Of a stretch of DNA of 64,000 nt, positions 27,588 to 37,360 are shown one piece after another. The position numbers and the translations under genes were made by a program. This DNA comes from Candidatus Latescibacterota bacterium. GTDB taxonomy: Bacteria > Latescibacterota > UBA2968 > UBA8231. The notes under the pieces were generated by a model that was not told where the DNA came from, did no database searches, and was given only the letters and a program-made list of their open reading frames with translations. Within the stretch, counting starts at the first letter, position 1; every line of letters begins with the position of its first letter. The stretch covers positions 1,792,001 through 1,856,000 of the forward strand of contig OZ242005.1 in assembly GCA_965204725.1 (NCBI GenBank). The letters run 5' to 3'.

Positions 27588-29824
27588 ACGCGCTTAAATT
27601 CAAGTGGTTTGGCTCCAGACGCCGCAGCAATCAGCCCCAACCTTGGCACCCGCATAGCTTGCGAGTGTTCCACATCGCTTTAGCCGGTCTAGTCATCGGC
27701 CTGCTCACCTATTTATCACCCTACCAGCGTCCCTACAATGTCGCCCAACTGCGAGTCGGCAGCGTCGCTCAAGAGCGCGTCGAAGCCCCTTTTCTCTTTC
27801 ACGTGCCCAAGAGCGAGGCCGAACTAGAACGCGAACGGCAAGCGGCAACCGCTGAGATTCCCACTATTTTGCACCGCGATCCCCTAGTTCAAGCGCAGCA
27901 ACTAGCTCGGCTAGACTCGGTCTTTGCGGTGATGATCCCCAACATCCGGGTGCAGATGGCCGATTCGCTCAAGCAACGCGCCCTCCAGCGCACCCTCCCG
28001 CGAATCATTGGTTCGCTCTCGCTCGATGCCCTTTCGACCCTCATCGACGTTCTCTCCACGGCCAGCGAACCTTATGTACGCGATTTCCAAGCCATCTGTC
28101 GGCAGATTCTGGCCAATTACTATACCGCGGGCATCATCGCCTCCAAACAACCGATCCTCCTAAGCCCTTCGGCCCAAGTCCGCCTCGGCGAGCGGGAACA
28201 GCACATAGAAACCCTCTACAGCGAGGAAAAGCTCAAACAAGGCGAATTAATCTCGCGCATCCAAACGTATCACACCATCTCCAACCGCGACGCCGTCCAA
28301 GCGGTACACGAGCTCCTAAGCCTCTTTGTGGTACCCAATCTGACCATTGACGAGCCGGAGACTGCTCGCCTCAGAGACGCGGCACGGCGCGGTGTAGCCA
28401 GTATCAAGCGGATCTATGCCCAAGACGACCTCATTGTCGATAAGCACGCGACCGTCACCGCAGAGCACGTCGATGCACTTGACGCACTCGCTGCCCGCAT
28501 CGCCCAAGAGCAATCCCAACATCCGATCAAGCACCTGATCCAAGTGGCGGCGACCGCGACTATATCCGGCTTCCTGATCTTCGTCCTCGGCTACTTTCTC
28601 GCTACGCATGAACGCACTGTTTTCGGCCAGCCCGGCCAGCTCGTCCTCTTAGCCATTCTGATCGTGACCACGGCCGCCGTGGCCTCTTATATCAAAACGC
28701 ACGATCTTTCCCCCTACTGGGCACCGATCCCCCTAGCCGCTATGTTGGCGACTATTCTGTTGACGCCCCAAATTGGCTTGGTGCTCTCGTTTGTGCTCGC
28801 GCTCTTTGTCGGCAACCTCTTCGCCGACTTCTACGCGGCCATAACCTGTGCTCTAACAGCGGCCATAGCCGTCTATGCGGTGCGGCACGTGCGCCACCGC
28901 AATCAATTCTACCGCCCCATGATCTTCCTGCCGATCTCGTACGCGTTGCTCATCGCGGCGGCCGACCTGTTGCGCTTCTTCCCAATCGAGCAGATATACG
29001 GGCATATCTTACCCGGCATCGTCATCGGCGCGGCCGCCCCCATTCTCACTATCGGCCTGCTACCGATCTTTGAAAGCCTCTTTCACATTACCACAGACAT
29101 CACCCTGCTGGAGTTGTCGGATCCCAACCGGACCTTGCTCCGCCAATTAGCCATCCGGGCGCCGGGGACCTATACCCACAGCCTGATTATGGCCAACCTC
29201 TCCGAGAGTGCGGCCGAGGCCATTACCGCCAATCCGCTCTTGGCCCGCGTCGGCTGTTATTACCACGATATTGGCAAAATGAGCAAGCCAGAGTACTTCA
29301 GCGAAAATCAGGGCTTGCAAGGCGGGCGCAACCCCCACGATCAGCTAATGCCCTACCTGAGTATGCTCATCATCGCCTCGCACGTCCGCGAGGGGCTTGA
29401 GCTGGCCGAGGAACACGGCCTCCCCCAATCCATCTGCGACTTGATCTCCCAGCACCACGGCACTACCGTCATCGAGTACTTTTACGAGCGCGCGGTGGAA
29501 TTGGGCGACCAGAGCGTACGCGAGGAAGATTTCAAGTACAACGGCCCTAAGCCCCAGACCAAAGAAGCGGGCATCCTGATGTTGGCCGACTCCGTCGAAG
29601 CGGCGGCCCGCACCCTCGCCGAGCGCACCCCCAGCCGGACGCGCCAGTTAGTGCATAAAATTATCCAGCAGAAATTCACCGCCGGCGAACTCGATGAATG
29701 CACGCTAACCCTGCGGGATTTGCTTAAAATAGAGGACAGCTTCATTCGCGTACTGATGGGCATCCTACACAGCCGGATGGAATACCCTTGGCAAAAGGCC
29801 AATCGCAAATGGAGTACCGTCTAG
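27584..29824 (+). CDS. 7TM-HD/HDIG phosphohydrolase (PgpH-like)
   Basis: Extracellular 7TMR-HDED region, 7 TM, APGTYTHS, YYHDIGK, QHHGT, MLADSVEAA. Confidence 0.92.
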   Translation: MNALKFKWFGSRRRSNQPQPWHPHSLRVFHIALAGLVIGLLTYLSPYQRPYNVAQLRVGSVAQERVEAPFLFHVPKSEAELERERQAATAEIPTILHRDPLVQAQQLARLDSVFAVMIPNIRVQMADSLKQRALQRTLPRIIGSLSLDALSTLIDVLSTASEPYVRDFQAICRQILANYYTAGIIASKQPILLSPSAQVRLGEREQHIETLYSEEKLKQGELISRIQTYHTISNRDAVQAVHELLSLFVVPNLTIDEPETARLRDAARRGVASIKRIYAQDDLIVDKHATVTAEHVDALDALAARIAQEQSQHPIKHLIQVAATATISGFLIFVLGYFLATHERTVFGQPGQLVLLAILIVTTAAVASYIKTHDLSPYWAPIPLAAMLATILLTPQIGLVLSFVLALFVGNLFADFYAAITCALTAAIAVYAVRHVRHRNQFYRPMIFLPISYALLIAAADLLRFFPIEQIYGHILPGIVIGAAAPILTIGLLPIFESLFHITTDITLLELSDPNRTLLRQLAIRAPGTYTHSLIMANLSESAAEAITANPLLARVGCYYHDIGKMSKPEYFSENQGLQGGRNPHDQLMPYLSMLIIASHVREGLELAEEHGLPQSICDLISQHHGTTVIEYFYERAVELGDQSVREEDFKYNGPKPQTKEAGILMLADSVEAAARTLAERTPSRTRQLVHKIIQQKFTAGELDECTLTLRDLLKIEDSFIRVLMGILHSRMEYPWQKANRKWSTV

Positions 29825-30267
29825 ATAGAGCTAGGCCCCTTCGCATCCTCCACGACGCGGGCCTCGCTTCCCTGCCGGCCGATGAGCTCGCAGCCCTGCA
29901 CCACATCGCCGCGCAGGTCGCCTGCGTTCACGCGCTGCCGGACGCAGTCCAGCTAGTTCTCATTGACGACGACTACATGAACCATCTCAACGCGACCTAT
30001 CGCAGCAAGCAGGGCACGACGGACGTCTTGTCTTTCGACTTGGGTGCCATACCGGGTCAGGGCAGTAGTGGCGAAGTGTACATCTCTCTGCCCCAAGCCC
30101 AGCGGCAAGCCGCTGCCCTCAGCGTCTCGCCCTTAGTGGAACTAGCCCGCCTGTTGGTACACGGCTTACTGCACCTCGCGGGCTGGATGCACGACACGCC
30201 CGAGCAACTAGCCGCTATGGAACGCGAAACCGATCACTTCCTTACCACCGCTTCCCTCTCCCTCTAA
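29809..30267 (+). CDS. ybeY: rRNA maturation endoribonuclease YbeY
   Basis: LN..YR...TTDVLSF, GEVYIS, HGLLHLAGWMH. Confidence 0.93.
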   Translation: MEYRLDRARPLRILHDAGLASLPADELAALHHIAAQVACVHALPDAVQLVLIDDDYMNHLNATYRSKQGTTDVLSFDLGAIPGQGSSGEVYISLPQAQRQAAALSVSPLVELARLLVHGLLHLAGWMHDTPEQLAAMERETDHFLTTASLSL

Positions 30268-30305
30268 GCAGCCTTGGCCGGCCGCTTTACCCGAAAGGAG
30301 CCTTT

Positions 30306-31640
30306 TTGGAACCCCCACAAGTTGACTTATCCTCGGTCGCGTACGCCGCACTGGTCAGCGCGATCAGCCTCGGCTGGCTCTTCTTGGTAGCCAGCTATGA
30401 GGCTACCTTCGCCATTCTCTCCAAATCCGTGCTGGAGAAAATGGCCGAAAACGGCGTATCGCATGCGCGCACCATGCTCCGCATCTACGAGCCGCGCCTG
30501 CGCCTGCGCCTGATGACCCGCCTCGGCGAGACCATTGGCGTCACCGTCCTCGCCCTCGCCTTGTTCTTTCTCGTGCAGGCCCTCCTAGTGCCGTACGCCC
30601 TTTCGAGCTATATCCCGGCGGCAGTAGCCTTATTGGGGGCGCTAGGGCTTTTCATGATCGTGGCGACGCCCCGCCGCATTCGCTTTGACGAAGAGGGCGA
30701 CGAAGTGCGCATACCCGTCATCGCCTTGGCCTATACGCCGGTACACCCCCTGCTCCTGCCCTTGACCAACCTCCTCGAACTCCTCAGTAGTTTTGACTAC
30801 AGCGACGAGGACTTTCGCGCTGAAAAGGAGGAGGAACTGCGCAGCATCGTCGAGTCAGAAGGCGAGTCTGGCGTTTTAGAAGAAGGCGAGCGCGAGATGA
30901 TTGAGAGCGTCTTTGGCTTCCACGACCGCATCGTCCGCGAAGTCATGGTCCCTCGCGTCGATATGATCGCCATCGAACAATCGGCCTCCCTGCAAAATTT
31001 GCTCGATCTCATTCGGGACAAGGGGCACTCGCGCCTGCCCATCTATCGGGAAAGTCTCGACCACATCCAAGGGCTGATTTACGCCAAAGATCTGCTGCAT
31101 ATCTTGGTGTCGCGGCCCGACGTCGATCTAGCGACGCCCATAAACCAACTACTGGCCAGCCGGCAAGAGGGCGATTTGCGTTTTACCCACGAGCCTTATT
31201 ACATCCCCGAGACCAAGAAAATCGACGTCCTGCTCAACGACCTGAGAGCCAACAAAATTCGCCTCGCCATCGTCCTCGACGAATACGGCGGCACGGCGGG
31301 CTTGGTCACCACCGAGGACCTCGTCGAGGAAATCGTCGGGGAGCTGCAAGACGAGTACGACGAGGAAGAGGAGTTGCACCATTGGCAGGTCCCCGGCGAG
31401 GTGCTCATCGCCAATGCCCGCATCGACATAGACGATCTCAACGAGTTGCTTTCCACGGACCTGCCCCGGGCGGGTTTTGAAACCCTTGGCGGATTTATCT
31501 ATGACCACTTGGGGAGCATCCCCGCGGCGGGCTTAGTCTTTACGGTCGATCATCTAGATCTAGAGCTCGACATCCTCAAGGTCGAGGGCCAGCGCATCGC
31601 CCAAGTCAAACTCCGGCGCTTGGCTCCGGTCGCCGATTGA
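30306..31640 (+). CDS. Hemolysin/CNNM family protein (DUF21-CBS-CBS-CorC)
   Basis: TM N-terminus, VREVMVPR, GHSRLPIY, VLDEYGGTAGLVTTEDLVEEIVGE, CorC C-domain. Confidence 0.92.
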   Translation: MEPPQVDLSSVAYAALVSAISLGWLFLVASYEATFAILSKSVLEKMAENGVSHARTMLRIYEPRLRLRLMTRLGETIGVTVLALALFFLVQALLVPYALSSYIPAAVALLGALGLFMIVATPRRIRFDEEGDEVRIPVIALAYTPVHPLLLPLTNLLELLSSFDYSDEDFRAEKEEELRSIVESEGESGVLEEGEREMIESVFGFHDRIVREVMVPRVDMIAIEQSASLQNLLDLIRDKGHSRLPIYRESLDHIQGLIYAKDLLHILVSRPDVDLATPINQLLASRQEGDLRFTHEPYYIPETKKIDVLLNDLRANKIRLAIVLDEYGGTAGLVTTEDLVEEIVGELQDEYDEEEELHHWQVPGEVLIANARIDIDDLNELLSTDLPRAGFETLGGFIYDHLGSIPAAGLVFTVDHLDLELDILKVEGQRIAQVKLRRLAPVAD

Positions 31641-31701
31641 GAGGGTTGCGCCCATCTGCCCCATCCTTTAGATTAGTAGCTAACATAAATACATAGCTTG
31701 T

Positions 31702-31778
<77 letters not shown>

Positions 31779-31782
31779 CCTT

Positions 31783-31814
31783 TCAGGGAGTCGCTCGCGG
31801 CTCCCTGATTTTTT
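31783..31814 (+). terminator. Intrinsic terminator after tRNA-fMet
   Basis: TCAGGGAGTCGC/GCGGCTCCCTGA stem followed by TTTTTT. Confidence 0.7.
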
Positions 31815-31816
31815 CT

Positions 31817-32143
31817 ATGCCTATCTACAATAAGGTTCCCGACAATCCCACCGCCGCCCCGGCCGAGCGCATCCGTCTCGACGAACGCTTCGTATCCTTG
31901 CTCGTCGCTGAAGACGCCCAAGCCCGCCTCGAAGCCCAAGAGCTGCGCCAGCTCGTCCATCGCGCCCTCCAATCCCTTTCCGCCGACGAGATGCGCGTTA
32001 TTCAGCTCCGCTATCAGCACAAGAAATCGCTCGGCCAAGCCGCGGCGCGCCTCGGCCTTTCTCGCGCTGCACTATCTGCACTCGAACAGAGCGGGTTAGA
32101 AAAACTGCGCCGAGGGCTCGAGGATTGGCACCGAGGCGTCTGA
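31817..32143 (+). CDS. Stand-alone sigma70 region-4-like HTH protein
   Basis: ALQSLSADEMRVIQLRY..KKSLGQAAARLGLSR....LEQSGLEKLR; no region 2. Confidence 0.7.
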   Translation: MPIYNKVPDNPTAAPAERIRLDERFVSLLVAEDAQARLEAQELRQLVHRALQSLSADEMRVIQLRYQHKKSLGQAAARLGLSRAALSALEQSGLEKLRRGLEDWHRGV

Positions 32144-32144
32144 A

Positions 32145-33659
32145 TTGCAGCAGCGGCTCTTTCCCCTGCTCGCCTCGGCCCTCCTATCGGGCCTGCTCTT
32201 CGTAGTTAGCGTCCCCAAATTCGATCTCTATTACCTCGCTTGGATTTGCCTGCTGCCGCTCTTTTTGGCTCGGCACTGGCTGCCCGCCCAAAGCCACTTC
32301 GCCCTCGGGCTGGTCGCTGGCCTCGCTTGGGCTACTGGGCGCACGTATTGGATCACCGAGACTCTGCAATTGTACGGCGCGCTCTCTTTGGCCGCCGCCG
32401 TGGCGACAAACGCGCTGCTCATCGCATACATGGCCTTGTATCTGGCCTGCTTTGTCGCGGTGTGCCGTCGTCTAAACTTTTCCTCGCCGCTCTTTGCTTG
32501 GTCGGCCGCCGGCGTCTGGGTCCTTTTGGAGTGGGTGCAAAACTGGATGTTGAGCGGCTTCCCTTGGCAGCTTTTGGGCTACTCCCAGTACCTCAACCTA
32601 CCTCTCTTACAATGGGCGGCCATAACCGGGGTCTATGGACTCAGTTTCCTCATCGTCCTATTCAACGCCGCGTTGGCCCAAGCCCTCTCGCACCGCGCCT
32701 TCATTCCCTATCTGAGCCTGCCTCTTTTCCTGCTGGTCGCCGTTTATCTCTGGGGCCTGTATCGGCTGCACGACGAGCCGGACCCGCCGCCCGCGACCCT
32801 GAAGGTCGGCGTCGTCCAAGGCAATATCCCCCAAGACCGCAAGTGGCAGGAGAATCGGCTGGCTTGGACGGCTCGGCACTACGCCGCGCTCACTCGGGAC
32901 TTGGCGACCGCGGAAAAACCCGCGCTGATCATCTACCCCGAGACGGCCCTGCCGCTCTATTTTGGCGATCCTTTGTACGCGGCCTATGTCGATTCGATAA
33001 CAGCCCTAGCGCGGGAGTTGCATACGCCCATGTTGGTGGGCAGCCTTGAGGGGGATTCGCAAAACCGCACGGCTCCGGTCTATAACCGGGCCTTCCTGCT
33101 CAATGTTCAAGGGAAAGTTGTGGATTACGCCGACAAGGTCCACTTGGTGCCTTTTGGCGAGTTTCTGCCCTTCCCGTCCATCTTTCACTATTTGGGAGGG
33201 CTTACGGCCGAAAGCGGCCTATTCGCCCACGGCGCAAGGCACAAAGCCCTGCGGCTTCCGCGCAGCGACACTTCATTCGGGGTCTTTATTTGCTACGAGT
33301 CTATCTTCCCGGAAATCACCCGCGCCCTGATGGCCCAAGACCCTGACTTTCTGGTCAACACCACCAACGACGCTTGGTTTGGCACCACCGCGGCTCCTCA
33401 TCAGCACTTTGCCCAAGTCGTCCTGCGGGCCGTAGAAAGCGGGCGGGCCGTAGTCCGCGCCGCCAATACCGGCATTTCCGGCTTAATCGAACCAAGCGGG
33501 CGAATTGCCTATCGCACGCCGCTTTTTACCACCGAGGGCTTTGCCCTAGACGTGCCCTTGCATCAAGGACAGACGATGTACACGCGCTACGGAGACTGGC
33601 CGCTCATGCTCTGCGCCCTCGCCCTAACGCTGACCGCGGCTCGCAAAAATAGGGCGTAG
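32145..33659 (+). CDS. lnt: Apolipoprotein N-acyltransferase
   Basis: GFPW..LGY, VQGNI, YPETA, KVHLVPFGE, ICYESIFP, TNDAWFG, RAANTGIS. Confidence 0.96.
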   Translation: MQQRLFPLLASALLSGLLFVVSVPKFDLYYLAWICLLPLFLARHWLPAQSHFALGLVAGLAWATGRTYWITETLQLYGALSLAAAVATNALLIAYMALYLACFVAVCRRLNFSSPLFAWSAAGVWVLLEWVQNWMLSGFPWQLLGYSQYLNLPLLQWAAITGVYGLSFLIVLFNAALAQALSHRAFIPYLSLPLFLLVAVYLWGLYRLHDEPDPPPATLKVGVVQGNIPQDRKWQENRLAWTARHYAALTRDLATAEKPALIIYPETALPLYFGDPLYAAYVDSITALARELHTPMLVGSLEGDSQNRTAPVYNRAFLLNVQGKVVDYADKVHLVPFGEFLPFPSIFHYLGGLTAESGLFAHGARHKALRLPRSDTSFGVFICYESIFPEITRALMAQDPDFLVNTTNDAWFGTTAAPHQHFAQVVLRAVESGRAVVRAANTGISGLIEPSGRIAYRTPLFTTEGFALDVPLHQGQTMYTRYGDWPLMLCALALTLTAARKNRA

Positions 33660-33679
33660 TCCCAACGCTACGCCCTATT
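33648..33679. terminator. Hairpin at the lnt stop / island boundary
   Basis: AATAGGGCGTAG / CTACGCCCTATT 12-bp stem. Confidence 0.55.
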
Positions 33680-33724
33680 ACCACCCGTCGGCCTGTAGAA
33701 CTGCCCGGTTCAGTCTGCCGAGGG

Positions 33725-33902
33725 CTACGTCTTCCGCAATGAGATATCCGAACTCTCGAATATTTTTCCATATCCCTCTGTTTGGGCATCCGTGGAGTAG
33801 CGACAGTATAGCCGCCATATATCCTGCCACAGCGAATCGTCGTGGTCGAGGTGCTTGACGTTAAGGCCCAAAGCTTTCGCCTCATTTGAGTCGATTAACG
33901 CA
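33725..33902 (-). pseudogene. C-terminal remnant of an SDH-family (ClpP-fold) serine protease
   Basis: ALIDSNEAKALGLNV....DSLWQDIWRLY.......KIFES resembles the SDH_sah C-terminus; the upstream part is absent. Confidence 0.55.
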
Positions 33903-33943
33903 CGGACTCTGTAGCAAAAGATCAGGATGCCTTCCCTAGCCCC

Positions 33944-33997
33944 TCCCAGCAGGGCGCATATCCGGGCCATCGCAGCCAGCTCTGCGCCCTGCTGGGA
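33944..33997. repeat. 15-bp perfect inverted repeat upstream of the DUF2971 gene
   Basis: TCCCAGCAGGGCGCA-N24-TGCGCCCTGCTGGGA. Confidence 0.7.
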
Positions 33998-34035
33998 CAC
34001 ACACGAACAGGCCGAGAGGCCGAAGGAGGAAGACG

Positions 34036-35055
34036 ATGGACAAGGATCAGATGTTCTACAAGTACTACAGCCTAGCACCGGAAAGTATCGAATACACGCT
34101 GGCCGCGATTGAGGGAAATTATGTTTGGGCGACCAAGCCTTCCGAGTTTTCCGATCCCTATGATAGTCCCCATGCTCTCAGTCGGCATTTTGGAGGAAAT
34201 CTATTCAAAGTGCATAACAGGAAGGTTACGAGGGAGGGGATCAACGCCATTTACCAAGAGATTCAAAAGAATCGCTCGGAATTAACATTGCCCAACGAAA
34301 TAGATGAAGCAACATGGGATCGCTATGCCGCTCTGTATGATGCTTTTGTTTCCAAATTTTGCGATTTGTGGTCTGGCAAAAAAAGTACGGGAAAGGATTT
34401 ATTCCAAGAATTGTCTGCGTACATTGAGCATCAGGTTGGCATCTGCTGCTTCACGACAAGTCCCCTAAATCTCTTCATGTGGGACAAGTATGCTTCGGGA
34501 TACAGCGGCATTTGCGCCAAGTACAAATTTGTTGAAGAGATTCCGTCTCCAGTAAAATACCCAGAAAACTACAGAGGCGGAGGTCTTAAATTGGATTTCT
34601 ACGAAACGCTCAGGAATCCTGAAATTTTATGGGAGAGCTTCTTTGTCAAGCTGCCCCATTACAAAGAAGAAAACGAATACCGAATCCTTTATTTCACAAG
34701 CGAGCCTGACAGGATTTGCGATCCCGACGGGAAGGGGCACAGAAAATTCAGAGGAGCGCAACTGCTCTCCCTGTATTTTGGAAACAAAACCCCACCCGAA
34801 CTTGTTAGGGTGTGTTGTCAATTAGCTCCCGGGCATGTGGCACTCGCTAGGCTTGCTGTGGATGACATACAAGGCAAGGCTCACATCCAAGGATTTGGGG
34901 ACAATGGAGTTCCTCTTACCGCCAAGGACTACAGGGACAACGAAAACCACCTAGAAAGCGGCATGAAGGAGCGCATAGCTGTCATTCCTCAATACGACAA
35001 CAAACATCGGGCCATCCCCGAGGCCGTTAGCCGGTTAATATCCGGTAATTCCTAG
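34036..35055 (+). CDS. DUF2971-domain protein (low-GC, acquired)
   Basis: FYKY, P.EF.DP.D, GICCFT...NLFMW.KYA..Y.GIC, K...YKEE.EYRI; AAGGAGG RBS. Confidence 0.75.
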   Translation: MDKDQMFYKYYSLAPESIEYTLAAIEGNYVWATKPSEFSDPYDSPHALSRHFGGNLFKVHNRKVTREGINAIYQEIQKNRSELTLPNEIDEATWDRYAALYDAFVSKFCDLWSGKKSTGKDLFQELSAYIEHQVGICCFTTSPLNLFMWDKYASGYSGICAKYKFVEEIPSPVKYPENYRGGGLKLDFYETLRNPEILWESFFVKLPHYKEENEYRILYFTSEPDRICDPDGKGHRKFRGAQLLSLYFGNKTPPELVRVCCQLAPGHVALARLAVDDIQGKAHIQGFGDNGVPLTAKDYRDNENHLESGMKERIAVIPQYDNKHRAIPEAVSRLISGNS

Positions 35056-35150
35056 CCATAGAAGGAGGCGCAGTGCAATGAGGCTTTTGGACGAAGCAAA
35101 GGATCTCTTGGAGAGAGCTAAGAGCAATAGCGGATACATCACGGGGATGC

Positions 35151-35333
35151 TCATTTTAGGAACTTTGTTCCCGAAGGAACACTTCGCCGACTAGCAGGGG
35201 GTTTTTCAATGGATTCGGTGTATTGCTTGAAGCTCTCGAGGAACTGAGCGTACGAATCCCGAAGGCCGGGCCGCTCTTTCACGAGTCGCTCGCGCTCTTT
35301 GATAAGTGCCTTGCCGGTTTCCAGATTTCTCAT
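35151..35333 (-). CDS. Small hypothetical protein
   Basis: 60-aa helical ORF with GGGAGA upstream; its stop overlaps (ATGA) a following start MSIP. Confidence 0.5.
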   Translation of the reverse strand: MRNLETGKALIKERERLVKERPGLRDSYAQFLESFKQYTESIEKPPASRRSVPSGTKFLK

Positions 35334-35455
35334 TGCGAATATCTCCCATCTCGGCTCGGACCAAGAACCAAAGAAAGGTCAAATTGTAATCCCTCAGAAT
35401 GGCTGAAGTTATTGAACGTCGTTCAAGTGGCTAACGCGGCCCGCAAAAGCTGGCA

Positions 35456-36238
35456 TTAGGCATGGCGACTGAACACTACCGGGCAGTGCGTCGGATCGTC
35501 GATAAAGGCCGTCAGGCCCGCTCGCTTGCCATCCACCGGGCGCGATCGCTCAGTGCGCAGGTGAACGGCCAAGCTGCGCCGCGGCCCCGCAGAGTAATTG
35601 GGGCCACTGCCGTGTAGCGTCAAGCAGTGGTGAAAACTCACGCCGCCTTTGGGCAGGGTCGCCGCCACTTCCACCCACTCGCCGTTAGCCAGCGCGACCA
35701 ACTCTTGCTTCTGTTGGGCGAGGTCTTGGCCAAAGAAATCGCTGCCCGGCAGCAATCCCCACTGATGCGAGCCGCGCACAAAGTGCATCGGCCCGTCCGC
35801 TGGGCCGACCTCGCTCAAGGCGATCCAAGCCGTAAACAGCTCGCTGCCCTCTTCCCAAGCCCCCCAGTAGTTGCGGTCCTGATGCCATCCCACGTTGACA
35901 TCGCCGATCCCCGGCGGCTTGTACAGCAACTGCACCCACCAGACTTGCACCCACTCGGCCCCACAGACTTCAGCGGCCAACGCCCCGAGGGCCGGGTGTT
36001 TGATCATATCCATAATCGCCCGATTGGCGATTTGGGGCTTTTCAATTTTGCACAACCGCTGCGGGTCGTCGCCCGGCTGCCAAGCCGAGGGCCGGGGCGG
36101 CACCCCGGTATCGTACTCGCCCCGCCGCACCGCATCCATGCCCTCAACGGCGCGATCGACGACAGCTACGGGCCATAAGGCTGCGTCGTGGATGTAAAAC
36201 CCATCCCGCGTATATGCCGCTTTGCGACTTTTGCTCAT
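35456..36238 (-). CDS. Phytanoyl-CoA dioxygenase (PhyH) family protein
   Basis: KPP, WHQD, TAWIAL, GSH, FHH..TLHGS..N.S..PRR. Confidence 0.92.
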   Translation of the reverse strand: MSKSRKAAYTRDGFYIHDAALWPVAVVDRAVEGMDAVRRGEYDTGVPPRPSAWQPGDDPQRLCKIEKPQIANRAIMDMIKHPALGALAAEVCGAEWVQVWWVQLLYKPPGIGDVNVGWHQDRNYWGAWEEGSELFTAWIALSEVGPADGPMHFVRGSHQWGLLPGSDFFGQDLAQQKQELVALANGEWVEVAATLPKGGVSFHHCLTLHGSGPNYSAGPRRSLAVHLRTERSRPVDGKRAGLTAFIDDPTHCPVVFSRHA

Positions 36239-36253
36239 CGGCCCCGGCCCTCC

Positions 36254-37360
36254 TCAAGCCGGACAAGCGGGAATATCGACCCACCGCCGCTCGGCCGCAG
36301 CCTGGAGAATGGAGTCGGCCACGGCCTGCGCCCGCATCCCGTGATAAAACGAAGGCACGCAATCGCGCCCTTCGCGGATGGCACTGACGAATTCCCACGC
36401 TTGGTCGTAGCGGAAGGTCTGCACGGGATCGCCGACCGCCGGATCGCGCGGCGCATTGGGGCGCGTGAGAAACTCCGCGGGCACGGGCCGGCTCTGATAG
36501 GGTTCGTCGCGGGGCGCGAAAAGCACCTCGTGGGGCGCGTGCAGGCGATAGACGACCGAGGCGTCTTCCCCGTTGAGCTCGGCCAAGTCGTGGTCGCCCT
36601 TCGGGCCGTAGCCCTTGCTCAACTTGCCCATCTCAAAGACGCCTGTGGCACCGTTGGCAAACTCGGCGATCCACGCAATCCAATCTTCCACGTCCTGCGG
36701 TGGGCACGGCTGGCCTTCGCGGGTTTGATCGCGCGGCACCACCTGCTTGGCCGCGCTGCACACCGCCTCTATCGGCCCCAGCAGATCCTCGGCAAAATCA
36801 ATGCGGTGAATGCCCATATCGGCCAGCTCGCCCGACCCGGCGTAGCGCTTGTATTGCCGCCAGCCAATGGCGCGCTCTCCCCAGTCTTGCAGGCGCTGGA
36901 AACGGGCGTGGCGAATCGGCCCGAGTGCCCCGGTCTGCACCAAGTGGCGGATGTAGTTCATGGCTGGCACAAAGCGATAGGTAAAAGCCGTCATGTGGCG
37001 ACGCCCCGACGCCTTGCCCCGGTCGTAGATCGCCCGAGTTTGGGCAAAATCCATGCCTAGGGGCTTCTCGCACAGCACGTGGCAGTTCGCGTCTAAGGCT
37101 TGGACGATCAGCTCGTAGTGATAGACATTGGGCACGGCGATGCAGACCGCATCCGGGGCCACCGCATCTAAGAGCGCGTCCAGCCGGTCAAAAGCGGCTG
37201 CAATGCCCCATTCCGCTTGCCGCTTTTGCCGCAGCGTCTCGTTTGGCTCGCAGATTCCAGCAATTTCGACCCCGGGGATCAGCCGCAACCCTGGGTAGTG
37301 TACCCCCGCACAGACGCCGCCAGTGCCCACCAGCCCCACGCGCAGGACCTCTGAGTTCAT
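36254..37360 (-). CDS. Gfo/Idh/MocA oxidoreductase
   Basis: VGLVGTG, HVLCEKP, G.LADMGIH.ID. Confidence 0.92.
   Translation of the reverse strand: MNSEVLRVGLVGTGGVCAGVHYPGLRLIPGVEIAGICEPNETLRQKRQAEWGIAAAFDRLDALLDAVAPDAVCIAVPNVYHYELIVQALDANCHVLCEKPLGMDFAQTRAIYDRGKASGRRHMTAFTYRFVPAMNYIRHLVQTGALGPIRHARFQRLQDWGERAIGWRQYKRYAGSGELADMGIHRIDFAEDLLGPIEAVCSAAKQVVPRDQTREGQPCPPQDVEDWIAWIAEFANGATGVFEMGKLSKGYGPKGDHDLAELNGEDASVVYRLHAPHEVLFAPRDEPYQSRPVPAEFLTRPNAPRDPAVGDPVQTFRYDQAWEFVSAIREGRDCVPSFYHGMRAQAVADSILQAAAERRWVDIPACPA

Noticed and set aside
27584-29824. PgpH-like HD protein as a novelty
   Set aside because: The phoH-HD-ybeY arrangement is common in many phyla.
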